DNA of 11,670 bases. It comes from an uncultured Janthinobacterium sp. (GTDB lineage Bacteria > Vulcanimicrobiota > Vulcanimicrobiia > Vulcanimicrobiales > Vulcanimicrobiaceae). The number at the start of each line of letters is the position of its first letter. Positions within the stretch are counted from its first letter, which is position 1. Below the pieces are notes generated by a model, which was not told where the DNA came from, did no database searches, and saw nothing but the letters and a program-made list of their open reading frames with translations. A program made the translations under genes and the position numbers. The stretch covers positions 1 through 11,670 of the forward strand of contig CAZZXB010000003.1 in NCBI GenBank assembly GCA_964658025.1, in the 5' to 3' direction. Of the stretch, positions 6,800 to 11,670 are shown in pieces.

Positions 6800-8605
6800 A
6801 TGTCCGTGTCACACGCTCACGACATGCCGTTCGGCGCGCGCTTCGCCGACGGTCATGTTCGCTTTCGCATTTATGCGCCCGCCGCGACGCACGCCGACGT
6901 CGTCTACGGCGATCTCGAACGTGCCCCCGTGCGCGCGCGCCTGACGGCGCTTCCCGACGGATGGTTCGAATCGGAACGCGTCGCCGTCGCCGTCGGGACG
7001 CACTACGCGTTCGTCCTCGACGACGCCGACCTCCGCATCCCCGATCCCGCGTCGCGCTTTCAGCCGCTCGGCGTGCACGGTCCGAGCGAGATCGTCGATC
7101 CGCGCGCGTTCGCGTGGCCCGACGACGGCTGGCGCGGGTTGCCGTGGAACGAACACGTCTTCTACGAGATGCACGTCGGCACGTTCACGCCCGAAGGCAC
7201 GTACGCGGCCGCCGCGTCGAAACTCGACCACCTCGTCGCGCTCGGGATCACGGCCGTGGAACTGTTGCCGATCGCCGAATTTCCGGGGACGCGGAATTGG
7301 GGCTACGACGGCGTGTTGCCGTTCTCGCCGACGCACAACTACGGCACGCCGGACGATCTCAAACGCTTCATCGTCGCCGCGCACGCGCGCGGTCTCGCGG
7401 TCTACCTCGACGTCGTCTACAATCACTTCGGGCCCGAAGGGAACTACCTCCACGGCTACGCGCCGACGTTCTATACGGAACGCCATAAGACGCCGTGGGG
7501 CGCGGCGATCGACGTGGAGGGCGCGAAGCGCGATACCGTGCGCGCCTTCTTCATCGAGAACGCACGGTATTGGACGCGCGAGTACCGCTTCGACGGCCTA
7601 CGCCTCGATGCGGTCCACGCGATCTACGACGGCGCGGATCGCCATTTTCTCCGAGAGCTCGCCGCGAAGGTCGTCGAGGGCGTCGATCGCCCGATCCACC
7701 TCGTGCTCGAGAACGAGGGCAACGAGGCGCCGTTACTCGAGAGCGGGTTCCGCGCGCAATGGGACGACGACGAGCATCACGCGCTCCACGTCCTCGCCAC
7801 GGGCGAAACCGACGGCTACTACCACGATTATGCGCGACGCCCGATCGAACACCTCGGCCGCACGCTGACGCAGGGATTCGATTTCCAAGGCCAGTTCTCC
7901 GAACACAAAGGCGACGTGCGCGGCACGCCGAGCGCGCATCTCCCGCTCGCGTCGTTCGTCGTGTTCGCGCAGAACCACGATCAGATCGGAAACCGACCCT
8001 TCGGCGATCGGCTCACGGCGACGGCCTCGGATGCCGCGGTCCGCGCGGTCGCCGCGATCTACCTCCTCGCGCCCTCCGTGCCGATGCTCTTCATGGGCGA
8101 GGAGTGGGCGGCCGACGCGCCCTTCCAATTCTTTTGCGATTTCGAACCCGATCTCGCGCGGCTCGTCACCGAGGGCCGACGCGACGAGTTCAAAGCGTTC
8201 GCCGCCTTTTCCGATCCGACGAAGCGCGATACGATCCCCGATCCCGGCGACGTCGCGACCTTCGAGCGTAGTAAGCTCGATTGGAACGAACTCGCGACCG
8301 ACGCGCACGCGTCGTGGCTCGCCTATTATCGGCGACTGCTCGCCGTGCGGCGCGACGAGATCGCACCGCGCATCGCGGGCGTGCGCGGAACCGACGCCGC
8401 ATTCGACGCGCTCGGCGATCGCGCGCTCCACGCGCGTTTCCGTTTGAGCGACGGATCGACGCTCGCGCTCGACGCGAATCTCGGTCCCGAGCCCGCGCGC
8501 GGATTCGACACGCCGCCGCACGGTCTCGTGCTCTTCTGCACGCACGATCCGACGTATCCGAATTCGGAGGCGCCGCCGTGGAGCGTCCGCTGGACGCTCG
8601 CGTGA
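6800..8605 (+). CDS. treZ: Malto-oligosyltrehalose trehalohydrolase (GH13)
   Basis: 601 aa: MPFGA N-terminus, PDPASRFQPLGVHGPS, YEMHVGTFT, RNWGYDGV, DVVYNHFGPEGNYL, FDGLRLDAVHAI (nucleophile Asp), LVLENE (acid/base Glu), QNHDQIGNR, PMLFMGEEW, TFERSKLDW. Adjacent to treY. Alternative starts are GTG 6806 and ATG 6824. Confidence 0.95.
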   Translation: MSVSHAHDMPFGARFADGHVRFRIYAPAATHADVVYGDLERAPVRARLTALPDGWFESERVAVAVGTHYAFVLDDADLRIPDPASRFQPLGVHGPSEIVDPRAFAWPDDGWRGLPWNEHVFYEMHVGTFTPEGTYAAAASKLDHLVALGITAVELLPIAEFPGTRNWGYDGVLPFSPTHNYGTPDDLKRFIVAAHARGLAVYLDVVYNHFGPEGNYLHGYAPTFYTERHKTPWGAAIDVEGAKRDTVRAFFIENARYWTREYRFDGLRLDAVHAIYDGADRHFLRELAAKVVEGVDRPIHLVLENEGNEAPLLESGFRAQWDDDEHHALHVLATGETDGYYHDYARRPIEHLGRTLTQGFDFQGQFSEHKGDVRGTPSAHLPLASFVVFAQNHDQIGNRPFGDRLTATASDAAVRAVAAIYLLAPSVPMLFMGEEWAADAPFQFFCDFEPDLARLVTEGRRDEFKAFAAFSDPTKRDTIPDPGDVATFERSKLDWNELATDAHASWLAYYRRLLAVRRDEIAPRIAGVRGTDAAFDALGDRALHARFRLSDGSTLALDANLGPEPARGFDTPPHGLVLFCTHDPTYPNSEAPPWSVRWTLA

Positions 8606-11421
8606 CCGCACCGAACGCGACCCGCGCGATCTCCGCGACGCCGCTCTCGACGTATCGCCTGCAGTTCACGCCGAAGTTTCGCTTCGACGACGCGCGCGCG
8701 ATCGTGCCGTATCTCGCGGAACTCGGGATCGACTACCTCTACGCATCGCCGTATCTCAAGGCCCGGCCCGGCAGCGAGCACGGGTACGACGTCGTCGATC
8801 CGAACCGGCTCAATCCCGAGATCGGGACGTTCTACGAATACGCGGCGCTGATCGAGGCGGCACGCGATGCGGGCCTCGGCCATCTCCTGGATTTCGTGCC
8901 CAACCACATGGGCATCGGCGTCGAGAATCCGTGGTGGCAGGACGTCCTCGAATGGGGCCGGTCGTCGCCCTACGCGGAGTACTTCGACATCAATTGGCAG
9001 CCGCTGCGACCCGAGATGCGCGGACGCGTGTTGCTGCCCTCGCTCGGCGATTACTACGGGCGCGTGCTCGAACGCGGCGAGCTCAAGCTCGTATTCGATC
9101 CGGCGACGGGGACGTTCTCGGTCGCCTACTTCGACAATCGCTTCCCCCTCGCCACGAAGTCGTACGGCGCGGTGCTCGCGCTCGCGATCGAACGTCGCGA
9201 GGGCGAGGCCTGGGCGCTTCGCGCCCTCGCCGCGGAATTCGCGGGAGCGTCGCGCGAACGCGCGATCGCGCTCAAAACCCAGCTCTCGACCGTCGCGCGC
9301 GACGCGGGCGATCTCGCCGCGATCGAAGCCGCGCTCGCGTCGTTCGATCCGGGGACCGACGGAAGCGCGGGCGATCGGCTCGACGCGCTCCTCGCCGAAC
9401 AGGCGTATCGCCTCGCCTACTGGCGCGTCTCGGCCGACGAGATCAACTACCGCCGTTTCTTCGACATCAACGATCTCGCGGGCGTGCGCGTGGAAGATGC
9501 CGAGGTCCTCGGGCAGACGCATCGCTTCGTCTTCCAACTCATCGAATCGGGAAAAGTTCAGGGCTTACGGATCGATCACGTCGACGGGCTCTACAATCCC
9601 GGCGGCTACTGCGAGCTCTTACAGGATCGCGCGGGCGCCCTCGGCCATCCGCAATATCTCGTCGTCGAAAAGATCCTCGCGCGCAACGAGCGCCTCCGCG
9701 ATACGTGGAACATCGCGGGGACGACGGGCTACGACTTCATGAACTTCGTGCTCGGGCTCTTCGTCGACGCCGGCGCCGAAGGCGCGTTCGACACGCTCTA
9801 TCGTCGCTTCGCCGGCATCTCCGGCACGTTCGAGCAGTTCGCCTACCGTGCGAAAAAAGACATCATGCGCAGTTCGCTCGCGAGCGAACTCGAGGTTCTC
9901 GCGACGATGCTCGACGGGCTCGCGAAGCTCGATCGCCGTTCGAACGACTTCACGTTCAACGTGTTACGCGACGCGCTCGTGGAGACCGTCGCGTCGTTTC
10001 CCGTCTATCGCACGTACGTCACGAGCGAGGAGATCGAACCCGACGACCGCCGCTTCATCGATCTCGCGCTCGCGGGCGCCCGCCGTCGCAGCGATCTCGG
10101 CGACGATCGCGTCTTCTCGTTCATCGAGTCGCTCCTCACCATGCGCGCGCCGGAGATCTCGGAGAACTACGAGCGGCGCGACGTCTTGCGCTTCGCGATG
10201 AAATTCCAACAGTACACGAGCCCCGTCATGGCCAAGGCCGTGGAGGACACGGCCTTCTATCGCTACGTGCGACTCGTCGCGCTCAACGAAGTCGGCGGCG
10301 ACCCGCGCCGGTTCGGTACGTCGGTCGCGGAGTTCCATCGCACGAATCTCGGCCGCGCGCGGCGCCACCCACACGCCATGCTCGCGACGGCGACCCACGA
10401 TCACAAGCGCGGCGAGGATACGCGCTTACGGATCGCGGCGCTCTCGGAGATGCCGGCGCTCTGGGATCGCATGCTGCGCCGGTGGAGCCGCGAGAACGCC
10501 GACTGCAAGACCGACGTCGACGGCGCGTCCTCGCCGACCGATAACGACGAGTATTTCATCTACCAGATCCTCATCGGCACCTGGCCCGCCGCGTGGCTCG
10601 ATCGAACGACCTTCGACGAAGCCGAGCGACGGACGTATCTCGATCGGCTCGACGAATATCTGCGCAAGGCGCTCCGCGAGGCGAAGTTCCGCACGAGTTG
10701 GACGAATCCGAACGAACCGTACGAAGAGGCCGTCTTCACGTTCGTCCGCACGATCCTCGACGACGCGCGTCCGCGTTTCGTCGGCGAACTCCGCGCCTTC
10801 GCGAAAACGTGCGCGCGCGTCGGCGCGATCTCGAGCCTCGCGCAAGCGACGCTGAAGTTCATGTCGCCGGGCGTCCCCGACGTCTATCAGGGTTGCGAGT
10901 TCTGGGACTTCTCGCTCGTCGATCCCGATAACCGGCGCGCCGTCGATTACGGCGTCCGTCACGAAGCGATCGTCGCGATGCGTGCGCGCGAGGAAGCGGG
11001 CGACCTCGAAGCGCTCGCGGGCGAACTCGCGAACGGCTGGACCGACGGTCGGATCAAGCTCTACGTCACGTGGCGTCTCCTCCATCTCCGACAGCAGTAT
11101 CCCGAGACGTTTTCGGGTCCGTCGTATTCTCCGCTCGGGACCTCGGGTCGCCGCGGCTCCGAACTCGTCGCGTTCTCGCGCGACGGCATCGTCGTCGTCA
11201 CGCCGCGCCTCGCGCACGGAGCCCTCGATCGCGACGAGTCGACGCTCCGCGTCCGCTACGAAGACGAGCGCGTCGCGCTCGCACCCGACGCTCCGACGCA
11301 GTACGTCGACCGCTTCACCGGACGATCGCTCGCGACGCATCGGGACGGATCGGACCACTATCTCGCGGTCGCGGATCTGCTCTCCGGATTTCCCGTAGCG
11401 GTGCTCGTCCCCGCGCGCTGA
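8602..11421 (+). CDS. treY: Malto-oligosyltrehalose synthase (GH13)
   Basis: STYRLQF, YLYASPYLKARPGSEHGYDVVD, DFVPNHMG, NPWWQDVLEWG, INYRRFFDINDLAG, GLRIDHVDGLYNP, VVEKIL, GTTGYDF, AKAVEDTAFYRY, ATATHDHKRGED, PGVPDVYQG, SLVDPDNRRAVDY. The true start is most likely GTG 8602, which overlaps the treZ stop (GTGA) and gives 939 aa. Confidence 0.95.
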   Translation: MTAPNATRAISATPLSTYRLQFTPKFRFDDARAIVPYLAELGIDYLYASPYLKARPGSEHGYDVVDPNRLNPEIGTFYEYAALIEAARDAGLGHLLDFVPNHMGIGVENPWWQDVLEWGRSSPYAEYFDINWQPLRPEMRGRVLLPSLGDYYGRVLERGELKLVFDPATGTFSVAYFDNRFPLATKSYGAVLALAIERREGEAWALRALAAEFAGASRERAIALKTQLSTVARDAGDLAAIEAALASFDPGTDGSAGDRLDALLAEQAYRLAYWRVSADEINYRRFFDINDLAGVRVEDAEVLGQTHRFVFQLIESGKVQGLRIDHVDGLYNPGGYCELLQDRAGALGHPQYLVVEKILARNERLRDTWNIAGTTGYDFMNFVLGLFVDAGAEGAFDTLYRRFAGISGTFEQFAYRAKKDIMRSSLASELEVLATMLDGLAKLDRRSNDFTFNVLRDALVETVASFPVYRTYVTSEEIEPDDRRFIDLALAGARRRSDLGDDRVFSFIESLLTMRAPEISENYERRDVLRFAMKFQQYTSPVMAKAVEDTAFYRYVRLVALNEVGGDPRRFGTSVAEFHRTNLGRARRHPHAMLATATHDHKRGEDTRLRIAALSEMPALWDRMLRRWSRENADCKTDVDGASSPTDNDEYFIYQILIGTWPAAWLDRTTFDEAERRTYLDRLDEYLRKALREAKFRTSWTNPNEPYEEAVFTFVRTILDDARPRFVGELRAFAKTCARVGAISSLAQATLKFMSPGVPDVYQGCEFWDFSLVDPDNRRAVDYGVRHEAIVAMRAREEAGDLEALAGELANGWTDGRIKLYVTWRLLHLRQQYPETFSGPSYSPLGTSGRRGSELVAFSRDGIVVVTPRLAHGALDRDESTLRVRYEDERVALAPDAPTQYVDRFTGRSLATHRDGSDHYLAVADLLSGFPVAVLVPAR

Positions 11422-11446
11422 CGCGCGGTCGTCCGACGCGGCACGA

Positions 11447-11670
11447 TCACGTCGTCGAGGCGAGCGGCGGGGCGATCTCCTCGAGCGATTTACCCGCGGC
11501 TTCGACGCCGTAGCGCAGTTGGATCGCGGCCGCACCGAGCATCGCCGCCGCGGCGACCGCGTACCCGAGCAGGATCGCCGACGGCTTCTTCGTCGCGATG
11601 AGCGCGCCGAAAAACGCGGGCGCCGCCGCACCGCCCGCGAACGTGCCGACGCTATAGACGAGCGCGATGG
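11447..11670 (-). CDS. MFS transporter, C-terminal fragment (5' part outside the window)
   Basis: Manual translation: ...IALVYSVGTFAGGAAAPAFFGALIATKKPSAILLGYAVAAAAMLGAAAIQLRYGVEAAGKSLEEIAPPLASTT*. It has two hydrophobic helices followed by a PETKGxxLEE-like tail (VEAAGKSLEEIA) typical of sugar-porter-like MFS proteins. Stop is TGA at 11449-11447. Confidence 0.8.
   Translation of the reverse strand, partial: IALVYSVGTFAGGAAAPAFFGALIATKKPSAILLGYAVAAAAMLGAAAIQLRYGVEAAGKSLEEIAPPLASTT

Noticed and set aside
8281..8601. 107-aa N-terminal extension of TreY in the ORF track
   Set aside because: It overlaps the treZ 3' end out of frame and is low-complexity and Arg-rich. GTG 8602 in a GTGA overlap just before STYRLQF is the better start.
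11422..11446. Bidirectional terminator between convergent treY and the MFS gene
   Set aside because: Only a short imperfect inverted repeat is present, with no A or U tracts.
3511..11631. Many alternative-frame and antisense ORFs inside the nuclease-helicase, treZ and treY genes (e.g. 3866..5092, 5687..6769, 6580..7488, 8326..9537, 8931..10544, 10426..11631)
   Set aside because: They lie almost entirely within motif-supported genes, and their translations are Arg/Ala/Ser-rich with no family signal.

Overview
High-GC (roughly two-thirds by eye), CpG/TCGA-rich bacterial chromosomal DNA containing 8 supportable protein-coding genes and no recognisable RNA gene, CRISPR array or mobile element. 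The left block (- strand) is a CorA-family transporter with a GQN instead of GMN signature, then a PaaG-like crotonase-family enzyme, then an SDR oxidoreductase that runs off the left edge and is missing from the ORF track. The divergent block (+ strand) is msrB with a probable signal peptide, then a 1154-aa TM0106/COG2251-type protein, then treZ and treY (GTGA-coupled trehalose-from-glycogen genes). A convergent MFS transporter 3' end, also missing from the ORF track, closes the window. The most interesting element is the 1154-aa protein. It joins a RecB/Cas4-like PD-(D/E)xK nuclease with four putative Fe-S cysteines, a DEDD-type RNase H-fold exonuclease and an Upf1/Dna2-like SF1B helicase, with the core motifs recognisable in each. 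The family is known by annotation, but I know of no established function for it. All family calls come from motif recognition; no searches were run.
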